Part shown: in pieces, positions 12,603 through 25,083 of the stretch
Position numbering within the stretch: the stretch's first letter is position 1
How the letters are laid out: each line of letters begins with the position of its first letter
Source of the DNA: Lytechinus variegatus
Taxonomy: Eukaryota
Direction of reading: 5' to 3'
Assembly (NCBI RefSeq): GCF_018143015.1
Contig: NC_054742.1
Location: 73,513,736 to 73,577,735 of the forward strand
Length of the DNA: 64,000 bases
The notes under the pieces: generated by a model
Told to the model about the DNA's origin: nothing
Database searches by the model: none
Seen by the model: the letters and a program-made list of their open reading frames with translations, nothing else
Made by a program: the position numbers and the translations under genes

Positions 12603-13150
12603 CTGGTGATAAAAAAAAAAGGTTCACAACTGATAAAGACCTGCAAACATCAAATATCCTTCTAGTGGAGCGTTGTGGCCCAGTTTCTTGGACATTAAAA
12701 TTGTGCAAACTGGTATCTTGAGAGAAAATTCAGCCTCAAGAATAACTCTACTTGGGTGTGTTATGATTTGCTCAACCAGAATACAAAAATGGATCATTGG
12801 GTACATTAATAAAAAACAATATTTATAATTGACACACTAAAATATGCATCCAAATCCATACTCACAAAATCCCAAAATCTGAATATTCAATATTTAGGGA
12901 AATTAAAATTTCAAAAACTGGACGGTTCAGTTAAAAACTGAATGGTTGGCAACACTGCTTGGGATTCACAAAGCTCTACCATCTCCTCCTCGTTCACTGA
13001 GCATGATATCTAGAAAAAATACACTTTCCAAAATATATAACTACCAATCAATATGAAACCTCAAAAACCCAATTCAAGTTTCATTGAATGTGGATCATTA
13101 TTATTCAAATGTAACTGGCTTGAAGCCATGCAACATTGCCTCTAGCATAT

Positions 13151-13372
13151 GGGGGCATTGTGATCTAGTGGTTACGACTTGCATTTCAATCAGAGGGACG
13201 TGGATTCAAATCCCAGCCAGGGTGTGTTTTCCTTCAGCAAGAACTTTACCCACTGAAAGGCAGCTCGAGCTAAAGCTGGAGTAAAAATAATAGTGCTCCT
13301 CAGAATAAATAATAATAAAAATAGATTTCTAGAAAGATGGCGCTATATAAATGCCTATGATAATTTTCATCA
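13151..13372 (+). mobile_element. tRNA-derived SINE, full-length copy (family A)
   Basis: tRNA-like head GTGATCTAGTGGTTA..GGATTCAAATCCCAGCC. Body with GGCAGCTCGAGCTAAAGC. Tail GATGGCGCTATATAAATGCCTAT. The same unit recurs at 58332, 50085, 49205 (-), 60962 (-), 43805 and 54620 (-). Confidence 0.75.
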
Positions 13373-13454
13373 TTATATTAAATGCATTTCATAAGTGAAA
13401 TTACGTCTCAGATAAGGGGCACACTTTGTCATTAAAGATTGCCTCCTTGTAAAC

Positions 13455-13612
13455 CTTAACACAGGGGTGTGAGCAAGAACAAATTAAAATAGCTGAAATT
13501 ACAAAAGCTCCTATACTTTTGTACAGACAAAAAACAAAGAATGCTGAAATAAGCTGACAATTAAGAACAAATATAGCTGAAATCAGCTAAAAAGCTGAGC
13601 TCTCACACCCCT
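13455..13612. mobile_element. MITE family 1 (TIR CAGGGGTGTGAG ... CTCACACCCCTG, internal AGCTGAAA repeats)
   Basis: Perfect 12-bp TIRs. Other copies at 5692..5806 and a partial copy at 340..460. Confidence 0.65.
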
Positions 13613-13733
13613 GACTTTGTGAAACTCCAAACCGGTCAACTAATATTCAATTCAAAAGTGCGTCATAATGGATATTTTCATAATGTAGTCTAAAAAAAAG
13701 TGATTTGACTTAGGAGTACTTCACAGTACTAAC

Positions 13734-13903
13734 TTTGGTTTTCTGCTAGGTGTGCTGGGCGCACGAGCGCTTTGTGGTGTCCTGGGAGTGCGTGGGGTAC
13801 GTGGTGCTACCGGCGGAGGCATCAACTCCTTCTTCTGTCTCTCCAACATAGCATCGGCCTCCGTCTGTACATCCATGCCATTCACCCTGTCCGGCTTGAA
13901 AAC
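13734..13903 (-). CDS. KIF23: KIF23 exon: VFKPDRVNGMDVQTEADAMLERQKKELMPPPVAPRTP..SRKPK (kinesin-6 loop insertion)
   Basis: Aligns to human [39 protein letters not shown]. Acceptor tgtag. Donor gttagt, phase 2, chosen so that the next exon is in frame. Confidence 0.7.
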
Positions 13904-14461
13904 CTACACAAGATGAACAATGGTTTTGAGTCAAGATTACCAAAATGGTCAATGAAGAAATTGACATTTTCAAGTTTGTTTACCGCATTTACTGTTGTAA
14001 TATTAATTTTGAATAAGGGATATCCTAGTCTTACTTCTGACAAGTTAATTTTCTGTAAACACTTATCCAATTGCAATTTACTATTTCACCAGATATGTTC
14101 ATGTATGAATTTGTGACTACACCAAAAATGTCAATTTTCTTCAGTTGTGCAAGGGTTTGTAGAAGAGTGGAACTTGCTTATAAGTCGAATCTCTTGGGAC
14201 TGGAGTAGGGATAGTAATTTTCTGCAATATCAAAACAGAAAATCTGGTTTGATTATCTACTTTTCATGTGAAAAATTCATTAAAGTTACCTTACCTTTGC
14301 AAAACATTCATACTTTCATGCCAAAATGGAATTTCCATTTTAGATCAAGTTTGATAGGAATTACAGCTTTTCAGATATAGAAAATTCACTGTCCTTACTG
14401 GAGGATTGATAAACTCTAAAAATCTGTTTGATGGTGGTTGGTGTCAACGATGATAACTTAC

Positions 14462-14597
14462 ATATTTCCTGGCCTGTAGGTCACCGAGGCTGTTGAAAAG
14501 GACATCAAGACACCTCGGCAGGACTCCTCCATCTGTGGGTGTCCCCTGCATGGTGTACGTCTTACCCGATCCCGTCACTCCATACATGAACAGCAAA
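14462..14597 (-). CDS. KIF23: KIF23 exon with the kinesin P-loop: [46 protein letters not shown]
   Basis: The GxxGSGKT(Y/H)TM kinesin N1 motif. Aligns to human [45 protein letters not shown]. Acceptor ttttcag, donor gtaagtt. Confidence 0.85.
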
Positions 14598-15584
14598 GCT
14601 GAAAATGAAATCAGGATGAAAATGGATAAATACTGATAACACCAAGTTACATTGAGAATGTATTCATCCTCATATAAAAAAAAATAGTAATTGCAGGCCA
14701 CCTTGGATGAATGATTCCCCCCACTATACTTTCTAAAACCTGGTAAAGTTGTTTATTAAATTTACGTTATCTGGTAACAGCCAATAATCTGGTATGATAT
14801 TGTCAAGAAATCAAAGTAATGATATTCATCTAAGAGCGTTGAACAAAGAGATAAAATCACTATATTTGTACATGATATTCCACATATATAAAAATAAAAT
14901 TAATTCTACTGTCCATTGTTTCTATTAGTTTGAGAGCGAAGGGCCCTGTAAAATATTATATATTTGTAAAGGTTAGATGGTTCAAAACAAATCTGTAAAT
15001 GAATCTTCAAAACATAAGAAAATTATGAATATCAGAATGTGAATGCTATATGTGAATCATACTACATATAAATGATCAATTTTAACAAGTTTAACATTCA
15101 CAAAAGCAATAATATCCAATAAAGATTCCAATTTATCAAACATTTTTTACAACTAAAATATCACTTTATTGTTTTGTAATGGGTTTTAAGCAGAAAGTAA
15201 TTCCACATTTTAGTCTGTTCTTGTTAGTTGGTAATCTAAGAAGATAACTTACAATTTTGCCATGGAGAGGTCTTAATAATATTATCTGTAAAGCTTTGTG
15301 CGATATTTTAACACTAATAACATATTGGTAATATTTGTCTAAAAAACAAATATTACCAATATATGCTGTCTACATGCTTCTGCAGTATTTCTAAAAAAAA
15401 TTGAAGATTTAAATAAGATTAGACCAAGAATTCTATCACTTTGCTTCAAGATTTTAAAAACATGATTTTAACAGTACACAAAATTACATATGGATATAAT
15501 AAAAGATCACTCATGGTAAGAAATGTCATATAAATTGATGAATAAAGTATGGTCAAAAAGGAAAACGTGGAATTACAAATAGGT

Positions 15585-15860
15585 AGAGACAGAGGCGGCG
15601 GAACATCAGGCTCGGACAAAGAAAGTGGAGGGACACCTTTTGTCTGCCAAACAATGGGTGCCCCTCCACTTTCACTGTATGAGCCTGACATTCCGCCGCC
15701 TCTGGGTAGAGAGATACATAGAGAGGGAGGGGGGGGGGGGGCAAATGGAGAGAGAGATGGGGATGGAAGACAGAGAGAGAAAGAGAGAGGCAAACAGAGA
15801 AAAAGAAAGGAAGAGGGAGAAACAAAGGGATCAATAGATACATGTAGCTGGAGAGAGACA
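15585..15860. repeat. Imperfect 110-bp palindrome (two inverted 48-bp arms) followed by a GA-rich microsatellite, in a KIF23 intron
   Basis: Left arm AGAGGCGGCGGAACATCAGGCTCGGACAAAGAAAGTGGAGGGACACC. The right arm is its near-perfect reverse complement. Then (GA)n with G runs through 15860. The overlapping track ORFs on both strands are artifacts. Confidence 0.7.
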
Positions 15861-15911
15861 GGAAGAAAGCACACTGCACAGACATCATATGAACGTAAAA
15901 TGTAAATTTAC

Positions 15912-15947
15912 CTCTTTGTAATTTCCAGTTCTGAATGCATGAGAACC
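15912..15947 (-). CDS. KIF23: KIF23 micro-exon: GSHAFRTGNYKE
   Basis: 36 nt, phase 0 on both sides. Acceptor cattacag, donor gtaaat. Aligns to human GYRLNRNGDYKE. Confidence 0.6.
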
Positions 15948-16159
15948 CTGTAATGAATAAACAGAAGGACTGTAAATAATTTTCATAAGCGGCTTTGCAT
16001 AAAGTTTATATTTTCATACAAACTACAAAATCAGTTGAGCTACATCATGTATCTCGATATTCAAGTTCTATTTTGTATATTTTGGCGAATCAAGTGGTTT
16101 ATGAGAAGCACAGATTATTGCGGACACACATACAAAAAGGCAAAGGTTCTGAATCATAC

Positions 16160-16249
16160 CTCAGGTGGTTTGAGTTGGATTGTGTTGCTGTTTATGACCT
16201 CAATACACAGTTCCTCATTCTCTTGCACTGGTCTCAACCTGCAATAAAC
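16160..16249 (-). CDS. KIF23: KIF23 exon: VYCRLRPVQENEELCIEVINSNTIQLKPPE (start of motor domain)
   Basis: Aligns to human [31 protein letters not shown]. Acceptor gtgtag, donor gtatga. In frame with the previous exon. Confidence 0.8.
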
Positions 16250-17096
16250 CTACACGAATACAATAGAATACATTTTAAATAAATTAATCAAAGATATTTA
16301 CATTGTAACTAGCAATGGATTGTGAGGGAATGTCAAGTAAAATGAAGTACGATGAAACCTGTCTATAGTGACCACTAGGAACCACCCAAGGGAAGCACAA
16401 AATGCGGTCTTTACAGACAGATGGCTGTTATAGACAGGTTCTTATACACACAATATGCCTCCATGGGAACCAGTTTTAGTGGTCATTATAGGCAGGTGGC
16501 CACTAACACAGGTTTAAATGTACATGAACAGTACATATGCTTTTAATAAGTTATGCATAAAAGCAATGTCACATCCTATAAACCCTTACACTTCTTTGAA
16601 AAAGAGAATACAAAAATTTATCCTCAATTTGAATCTAGCTACCCCCCCCCCCATAACCGATCCCAAATTATACCATTATGTAAATCAAATAGATTTGGAA
16701 TTTGTTAATATAACTGGTATTTAAATGAAATTCGAACAATTTCAAACAGTTTTTAATAACCCCCCAGTTTGTATCTTAAAAGCAGTGTACTGTTAAGAAT
16801 AATCCTCATCTAGTTGACTTATTTGTCTTCTTGTCAGACAAAGGTAACTTGATGAGGAAATGGCTATTGACTTCTACTTCCCAGCAAGCTGACTCAACAA
16901 GACACACCATACATGTAGTAAATTCTCCTTCAAGTCGAGTTGAATTGAAGAGAACCATGACCGCATATCTCCTTTTCACAAAAAAAGTTGAGTCCTTTTA
17001 TAGAAGTACAAAACTTGAATTTCTTGCCCTCTTTGCGAAAGTTTCATCCTGAATTATTTTGTCATCTCGGATCACTTTTCACCTTCCGCATCTTAC

Positions 17097-17160
17097 CTCT
17101 ACAGGGTCCTTAGCACAGCTAGGGGGCTTTCGAGGTGTCTTCTTAGGGGTCTTGCCTCGT
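17097..17160 (-). CDS. KIF23: KIF23 N-terminal exon: RGKTPKKTPRKPPSCAKDPVE
   Basis: Acceptor ttttcag, donor gtaaga. Matches human [24 protein letters not shown]. The ATG exon lies further 5' and was not found. Confidence 0.6.
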
Positions 17161-18699
17161 CTGAAAAATAATATGAAATGATACAAGAAATGATATTACA
17201 TATTTGTCCATGGTTTAGTGCATATGCACCTAAAGGGCAAAGATCAGGGGCCCATTTCATAACGAGTTACAAATGAAACGGGCTACCAATGGGAAGGTTA
17301 GGGGAAAAATGTTACTTTTTATTTTATTGAAGTCTCTTTCATATACAATAAATGTTCTATAATAGCAGCAACAACACACTAAGAAAATTTCATATATTGA
17401 TGCATTGGAAGATGTGTAAATATATGTCAACCCTCAGATGCAAAAGGTTACAAACTACAATTTTACATCCTTGTTTGATCAAAAGAAAGAAAGGAAGACA
17501 AGGAAGGAAGGAAAGAAAGAAAGAAAGAAAGAAAGAAGGAAAATACAAAGTAAAAAGGGAAGCAATAAAAAGGAATGAAAAAAGAAAGGAAAGAGAGAAA
17601 AAAAAAAAAGAATGAATTACACCTTTAGTAGTCCTACTTGTATATAGATATTATAGTATTACCAAGCCATTAGTAAAGTTTGGTGGCCCGAAAAATATAA
17701 AGAAAAAACATTAATTAAAAATGAATAAAACAAACTGAAATATTCTGTAGTCACTACCACGTACATGTACCACTATTCTTTGTACATCTTGTATGTAAAT
17801 CGTGCTTGCTGTTATTTTACTTTGCTTATTTCGTGGTAATATATAAATTGTTCTATCATTGTAAATATGAAATGATTGAAAGAGAATAAAAGAATTGTAT
17901 TGTTCCCAGTTTGTGTGGACTTTTAATCTCCATATAGACACACACTCATAATGGTAAAGTAAATAAATAGTTCATATAGCAAACTCAGATTTACAAAACA
18001 ATGATTTTTCCTGTCTTCCCTTTTGATCGTAAAACCTAGATTATGCAGACCCCAAATCCAGTTTATTTTCTCTTTTCCAGCATATTATAGCAGGAGAAAA
18101 TCACAGAAAAATATGCTGCAGATTTAGAACAATGTGTAAAAGGGGGAAATAAACAAAAATAATTTTTAGAATATTATATTGAAAAAAAGAAAACAAAAAT
18201 TGTAAAAATGAAAATAAAACAAAAGAAAAAATGATGAAAGAAAAAACAAAGAACAGGAAAAAAAACAAAAGAAAATGTAAGAAAAATGAATAAGACAAAA
18301 TTATAAAAAATGGGGAAAATTATTATTATTCAGTAGAAACATGTTCTTTAATCAGGCATATTCAATGGGAAGGGGTATAATTGGTTTCATCACTGTAAAA
18401 AAAAATGAAAGAAAAAAATAAGAAAACAGCAAAAGTTATCTGGAAAAAACAGTGAGAAAATTCCTTCCTTATATTTGACAAAATGATGGAAAAGAAATCA
18501 CATTTCATATCAATGAAATGCCTTTCCCAGGGCTCCACACTAACCCATTTTTTCTACTGGTCCAACCTATTCATGTCGGACCAGTAGATACCCAGTGTTT
18601 CAAATTTTTACTGGTCCGAACCTAAAATCTACTGGTCCCAAAAAATAAAGAAAACATTAAAAAAAGGCGCAAGTTTATTTTTGTAGCCTTTCGTTACCC

Positions 18700-19800
18700 C
18701 CCCCCCCCCTGAAATACGGGACAAAAAGAAAGCAAGACAGAAACAAAGAAGGAAAGAAGAAAGAAAGAACGAAAGAAAGAAGGACGGAAAAGAAAGAAAG
18801 AATAAGAGAAAGGAAGGAAGCAAGGAAGGAAAGGGAGGAAAAGAGAATAAAAAAGGAAGGAAGTAAGTAAAAAAGAAAAGGTAAAGAAAGGATAGATGTG
18901 AAGGAAGGAAAAAAGAAAGAACTAAGGAAGGAAAGAAAGGAATAAAGAAGGAACAAAAATAAGAAAGAAAAAAAAAAAGAAAGAAAGAAAGAAAGAAAAG
19001 AAAAGAAAAAGGAAATGAAGGAAAGAAATGAAGCAAGCAATACAGAAAGAACAAATCCAGAAAGTAGTGAAGGAAAGAAAGAAGAAGCAATAAAAAAAGA
19101 AAGGGTTAATGGAGAGATGGAAAGAAGGACAAAAGAAAGAAAGAGAGGAAGGATTGAAAGAAGGAAGAAAGGAAAGGTAAAATTATAAATAGAAGGAAAG
19201 AAATAAATGAAGGAAGGGAAGGAAAGACGCAAGCAATATAAAAAAAAGAAAAAATAAAATAGATGAAAGGAAGAAAAAAAGAAAGACTGAGAGACAAAGA
19301 AAGAAGAAATAAAAAAGATAAATAAATGAAGGAAAGAAAAGGGTAAAAGGAAGGAAAGGAAGAAGAGATGAATATAGGATGGATGGACTCAAGAATTAAA
19401 GAAAGAAAAACATCAAAAAGAAAGAAAGGAAGGAAGAAAGTAACGAAGAATGAAGGAAAGAAAAGGGTAAAAGGAAGAAAAGGAGAAGTGATGAATATAG
19501 GATGGATGGACTCAAGAATTAAAGAAAGAAAAACATCAAAAAGAAAGAAAGGAAGGAAGGAGGGAAGAAAGGAAGGAAGGAAGGAAAGAAAGAAAGAAAG
19601 AAAGAAAGAAAAAGAGAGAAAAAAAGAAATAGAGAAAAATATTTTTTAAAAGGATAGAAAGAATGAAAGAACGAATTAAAGAAAAAAAGAAAGACATTAA
19701 CCAAAAAAATGAAAGAAGAGAGGGAAGAAACAAAGAAAGATTGAAAAGAAAGAAGGAAAGAAAGATAGGAAGAAAACAGAGGAAGAAAGCTAAAACTATC
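18700..19800. repeat. About 1.1 kb polypurine/polypyrimidine microsatellite (AAGG, GAAA and GGAA units) in the intergenic region, with an internal 75-bp direct duplication (19368..19445 matching 19487..19565)
   Basis: Nearly pure R/Y strand asymmetry over more than 1 kb. The long purine or pyrimidine ORFs the track shows on both strands are artifacts. Smaller related tracts sit at 17460..17625 and 18100..18300. Confidence 0.9.
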
Positions 19801-22599
19801 ATAAATAATTTATCAATTTCTTTTTTGGCTCAATTAAAATACTAGTACCTACGAAAGAAAGTCAGAAACCAAGTGTATCAACACACACATAAATGCATGT
19901 GGTGCTAATATGTATTCAGACGATATCACCCGAAACCCGATCTGTTTGAACCAAATAGAAGTGAAAATTTATCCTTTTACTACTTACAAATGACAGATTT
20001 ACTCCAATTTTTAGGAAATATGGACATTATAAGAGCCTTTCATGAGTATGAACTGTGAATTTTGACAGTTCTGTGAGAGATTTCTGCCAGAGTTTAGCCA
20101 AGCTTCGTTCGCGCTGCCAGTAAATAATTTACCGCGTGAGTTGTGTGGCTGGCTACATGTACACTGTATCTGCTCTAGTAGCAATTATGTGCAATTCATT
20201 CTGTGTGTATTCTGTGTGTGAATGACAGAATTTATCGGGGGAAAATGGTTTGCAGTGAATTTGACCATTTCTGGAAAAGTTATTTGCCCAACAATGGTTT
20301 TTATTACTGGTCATGTCGGACCCTTAACATCTTGCTATTTTTGGAAAAATTACTGGCCCGACAATGATATTTTTTACTGGTCATGTCGGACCAGTAAATC
20401 TTCCCATTTCTGAAAATCTACCGGCCCGACAGCGATTTTTACCAGTCTGGGACCGTCAGACCACCGCTAGTGTCGAGCCCTGCCTTTCCGAAGTATTTAC
20501 TTCCTTAAGAGTGGTTTAAGAAGTCATGTATAAACAAGAAAGAAAGAAGCTGTCTATTTATTTTTGGCTAGAAGAGACAGCTTCGAAATAAACCAAATAT
20601 CAACATACATACAAATGCACATGTGGGACTGTGATGTACTCACCTATGTGTTTTATGTGTATTAATGCATTTGGAAATCGGTCTTTTTGAGTCAAAAAAG
20701 AGGTCATAATTCCTCCTTTGAATGCTTGCAAATAATCAGGTTTCAGTAATATGGACTATAGAAGGGCATTTCATTGGTGTAAAATGTGACTTTGACGTAG
20801 ATTTTCAAAGTTCTGGGGAAGATTTCTTAGCAGTAACATTTCGTATCGCAGCTCCCTGAGTCTGAATATTCTGCTAACGCACAGCTAGCTGCAGTGGTTT
20901 CATGCAAGCAAAGTTCAGCCAGACAGCTGGCACGGCCGGCTGAATAATAGTTACTGTATGCTAGCAGTAGGCCTACATACTGTCATGACTATGCAATCTT
21001 TGTGTGTGTATATTTGTTTGTAGATTAACAAAAAAGGCGCATGACGAATTTGATTGCAATTTGAACTGTAGAAAGTTGATAAATCATAAATGGATGCAGA
21101 ATCGGGAGAAAAATTGCGCTACTTTGAAAATTATTGGTTGCCCGATTCGGGCCACCAAAACTTAACATTTTTTCAATAATGGTTGCCCAAGATGAATTTT
21201 TGGTGGCCCTGGGCCGCCGCTAATGTCGAGCCTTGGTATTACTGTACTTTTGTACGACAGAGTAAAAATGGGGAGCAAATGCCAATAAAAAGAATCGAAA
21301 AAAAAAAAGACAGAAAGAAAGACGGAAAGAAAGATCGCTTCAGGGAAAAGTATTAAAATAAATAAAAATAAAGAAATGAAAAAGGTAGAAAGATGCTCTA
21401 AAAATAGTTGAATGTTAGTTCAACTTCAAGGAAGAGACAAATAAATGCCAGATTGATAAAATGGGCAAAAAGTAAAAGGAGAGCAAACGAAGGGACGGCG
21501 ATGATTGGACGACACTTCATACATCATGTATGAATGATGTTAACAAAAATTTAAAAATTCACAAAGAACAAAGTCAAACTTATAGCCAAAAATAAAAAAA
21601 CAAACTCAAACCCAAGTCAAATTCCATTTCCAAATTCAACCAAAAAATGGCATTGGCAAGCAACACAAGTCACAAATGATATAGGCCTAGATCGATCTAG
21701 GGCTAGCCTAGCCCTAGGCCCCTATAAAGTCAAAGCCAAACTAAAATGCAAATTACTGACTAAATATTCATTTGCACAATTAAAACAAAAATATACAACT
21801 GCCAACTGCAAGAGCCAAGATCATGAGAATGATGTAGGCCTAGTCGGTATTTTCTAGTCTTGGCATTTTTATTGCACAAAAATGGTTTAAAAATATGGTA
21901 GGATGGGGGGTCGGGTGTCCGGACACTTTAAAATACAATTTTGAAGCCTTCTTTTTTGTCTTTAGATTACACTAAAAATATGAATTCAATAGTTGCAATC
22001 ATCTTCTATTTTGTTCTCTATAATATTTTCTAACATTTTGTACTAAAAATTGATGAAACTTTGCTTGTATTTTTCCAAATGACATTCTCAAATTGATCGT
22101 CCGGACACACAACCTGTCCGGACACACAACAACTGGGTACCGTATATGCTCTCTCTCTCTCTGTTCTCATCCCTCCACTTGGTTCGGAGATCGTCGGGTC
22201 CAACCCGCATGTGACGTATATGTATCTTGACGACTGAATGATAGTGACTCATCATTCTCATCATATGCGTATGCATGTCACCTTGGCCCTGGAGATTTGG
22301 CCCCTGTGCAATGCCAACTAGGGTAACACGGATTCATGATATGTGAATTGGTCATTGTATGCATACGAGTTGCATACGCCAGAAATGAAAATGGTCTAAA
22401 AAGAAAAATATTGCGTGGAAAATGACCGAGGGCTCGGTTCATACTTTTTACTTTAAATTATCCAGACCGCCGTTGTCTTGACCATGTGCTTATTCTTTGA
22501 TAGTTACTTACGTTGGCTTCATGTTGGGATCCCTTCTTTAGTCAGAAATACAGCTAGTTTGGTGATATCTTTGCTCAAATTCAGAAGAAAATCGATCAG

Positions 22600-22870
22600 C
22601 CATTAAATGCACAAAAATCGTCTGCGCACAATATTGCATTCAAAAAGCGAGCGCGCTCGATCGAAAGAGCCAATCATCGTTGAAAATGGGCGAAAATCGC
22701 AAGGAGTGTGGCCGGAGAGGGAGACATTTCAAAACACGGAGATTTCGCGAACTTACATCACTGCTTATCTTGCGTAGGCATGTTGCAAGACCATTATCCC
22801 CCGGAACTTCCGGGGACCGGACCTACATATCGCGGTAAGGTACCGGGCTGGGCCGGCCAGGGGCGTGATC
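22600..22870 (+). promoter_or_regulatory. TEP1: CpG-rich candidate promoter and noncoding first exon of TEP1 (ends at donor CGCG|GTAAGG near 22836)
   Basis: The only CpG-dense segment between the two genes. It holds a CCAAT box (GAGCCAATCATCG near 22668) and a palindromic ETS/GABP-like site CCGGAACTTCCGG near 22800. A good donor follows. A good acceptor lies 70 nt before the TEP1 ATG. Confidence 0.35.
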
Positions 22871-24087
22871 TACGGCATACTACTACTAGATCATGTCTTA
22901 CAAGCTCATGTGGCACTTGACAATGACAGACTTCGGAAATTTATAGCCAGCAGAGGCAGAGCTGTACGAGACACAGATGAAGCTAATATTCATGCCACAT
23001 GTAGTAAAGAAGCTAGAACTCTAGAAGAGGTAATTTCATCAGATTCAAGGCAAGCCAAGACCCAATATCATCTGACTGAAGTGAAGACGTCTGAACTTTG
23101 TCTTTGTGTGACTGAGACCTTCTTCACATTTTCGTCAATGTTTTTATACTATAGTTTACGTTCTTGCTGTCAATGTGGTAATTATTTCTTGAATTGGTTT
23201 TGTACAAATTGTGAATATTTTGTGAACAAATTTAAGCCTGAAAAATATTTCTGAAAAGTCAGCAAAGTTTGGACACCCGATCATACGCAGACATGGGGCA
23301 CAATTTATTTTGTTCAATCTGAAAACGACTGGCCGCTGCTTTTTCCAAGAAGGTCATAAGCTGATAATAGATATAGATTGTATTTCTCTCAAATTTTAAT
23401 CAAAGATTTATGGCACAGTTGCTTGTACGATATTATTATAAGGAACATAAACAACTGAAATTATTTGTGAATTTTGTGATATAGGCCTAATGCTGGAATT
23501 CTATTGATTATTTTTCTAAATTAAAGAAAGTTTGTGGTTTTATTCCAATCAGACTCAAGAAAGAGGTACCATCCTGCTTCGTTAATAGAGGAGCATGTTT
23601 TTTTAGCTGCATTTAGTAACTTTGTAGAATCTTTCAAAATGGCACTACATATTCCACACCACCAGACCTGCGCCAAATGTAGTACAATAATACACCAGAC
23701 GATGGACTGTACTTCATCAGAAGAAGAGGAAGAGAAGACATCAGGAACCTAAAAAGAAGTGGAGGGATCAGCTGAGAGAGGTTTCCCATTTTCAGACCAA
23801 CTCTAGGCTACTTTCCACCTAGATGCACTAATATACTGTCCAAAACCTTCCTGCATGCAAATCAGTTCATCAGATTTTGTGTGCACTTCTACGGGAAACT
23901 ACATGTGAAATACAGACGAGATAGCTACTGGCCAGATACTGTCAACAAGTTCAGAGATATTTTTAGAAGAAATGATTTCCCAAAAGAATATTAAATCAAT
24001 CAAAAGTGTGTTGTTTATGTTGATCAGCATTTCAATGTCCATAGAGCTTTTCTGCCAATGATGCATTGCATTTTCTGTGCAGATTCA

Positions 24088-24232
24088 CTTGGAGTTGACT
24101 TTTAAAGATGAATGATATAAATTCTGTTATATTCCACAAAACTTTAATCATTTAATGAGTTGACTTTTAAAGATGAATGATATAAATTCTGTTATATTCC
24201 ACAAAACTTTAATCATTTAATTATTGCTAACT
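24088..24232. repeat. 72-bp direct duplication upstream of the TEP1 start codon
   Basis: TTGACTTTTAAAGATGAATGATATAAATTCTGTTATATTCCACAAAACTTTAATCATTTAAT occurs twice. Confidence 0.8.
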
Positions 24233-24384
24233 TGAATTTGAATCCTACCATTCAGAAGTCAAATCACCAATTTATTGATTTTCTTTTTCAATCATCTGTT
24301 TCTCTTAAATGCAGAACAATTCATACTTATGAGTGAAGAAAAATCAGCTTCTAGTGTCGATATTGAATTTGTCAACTTGTCAAG

Positions 24385-25083
24385 ATGAGTTACCTGTCAA
24401 ACCCTCTGTTGACGGGTTCATTGTCATCCGGTCTAACAGCAACAAAGCGAAAGGCAAGGGATGACGGTAGCAGTCAAGCGTCGGTCCCAAGCAAGCAGGC
24501 GTCCACTGGAATGTCCCTCCAAAACAGTAGCCTCCTCCTTGGAAGCTCCCTACTTGGTGGCGTCTCCAAGAAAGATGGCAAGTCCCAATTCGGGCTGGGC
24601 ATGAAGTCATCTATCCTGGGCACGAAGTCCCCACTGATTGAAAACAAGCTGCTCTCTTCTGCAACAGCCAATACTGGTTTGCATAGTAAGCTCCAGGGCA
24701 GCTCTGGAAGATCCCTTCTAGCAGGTGGAAGCTTGCTATCGATGGGCAGCTCTCTCTCATCATCATCCTCTTTATCAGCCTCAGGGTACGGCAGCATCCT
24801 GAAGGGTTCCCAGAAGACCCGCAGCTTGAGCCGTAGCAACAGCACCCAAGCTGAGGAGTCCAAGACCAAGAAGATCAAAGCCCAGCATCTTCCAGAGCAG
24901 TTGAAGGAGGACAATATCATTGACCCAACCCTTACCACATGTGAGCTGCCAGACTACGATTTCTCACGACAGCTTCCAGTTGCAAAGCCAGCTGTGCAGG
25001 AATATGATCACCAGTTTGAGAAGCTGGACGTGGCCAAAACTCTGACAACAAAGCCAGGGGAAAATTACTCAACAAAATTAAAG
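24385..25083 (+). CDS. TEP1: TEP1 first coding exon: [30 protein letters not shown].. (Ser-rich, lineage-specific N-terminus)
   Basis: ATG at 24385 in an acceptable Kozak context (tcaagATGa). The 236-aa ORF ends at a donor AAG|GTAGAG. A likely acceptor near 24313 (tcttaaatgcag) sits upstream of the ATG, which suggests a noncoding exon further 5'. Confidence 0.5.

Larger units (their letters stand above)
576..17160 (-). other. KIF23: Gene span of a KIF23/MKLP1-like kinesin-6 (partial; 5' ATG exon and 3' end not resolved in window)
   Basis: Ordered minus-strand exons align along the whole of human KIF23 (motor domain plus coiled-coil tail). Exons are listed individually below. Confidence 0.85.

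Noticed and set aside
15446-15905. Overlapping ORFs on both strands (111-142 aa) in a KIF23 intron
   Set aside because: They cover the palindrome and GA microsatellite, are of low complexity, and have both-strand symmetry typical of repeat artifacts.
18629-19802. Multiple long ORFs on both strands (up to 185 aa; S/F/L-rich or K/E/R-rich)
   Set aside because: They are translations of the polypurine or polypyrimidine microsatellite. They have low complexity, no start context and no homology.
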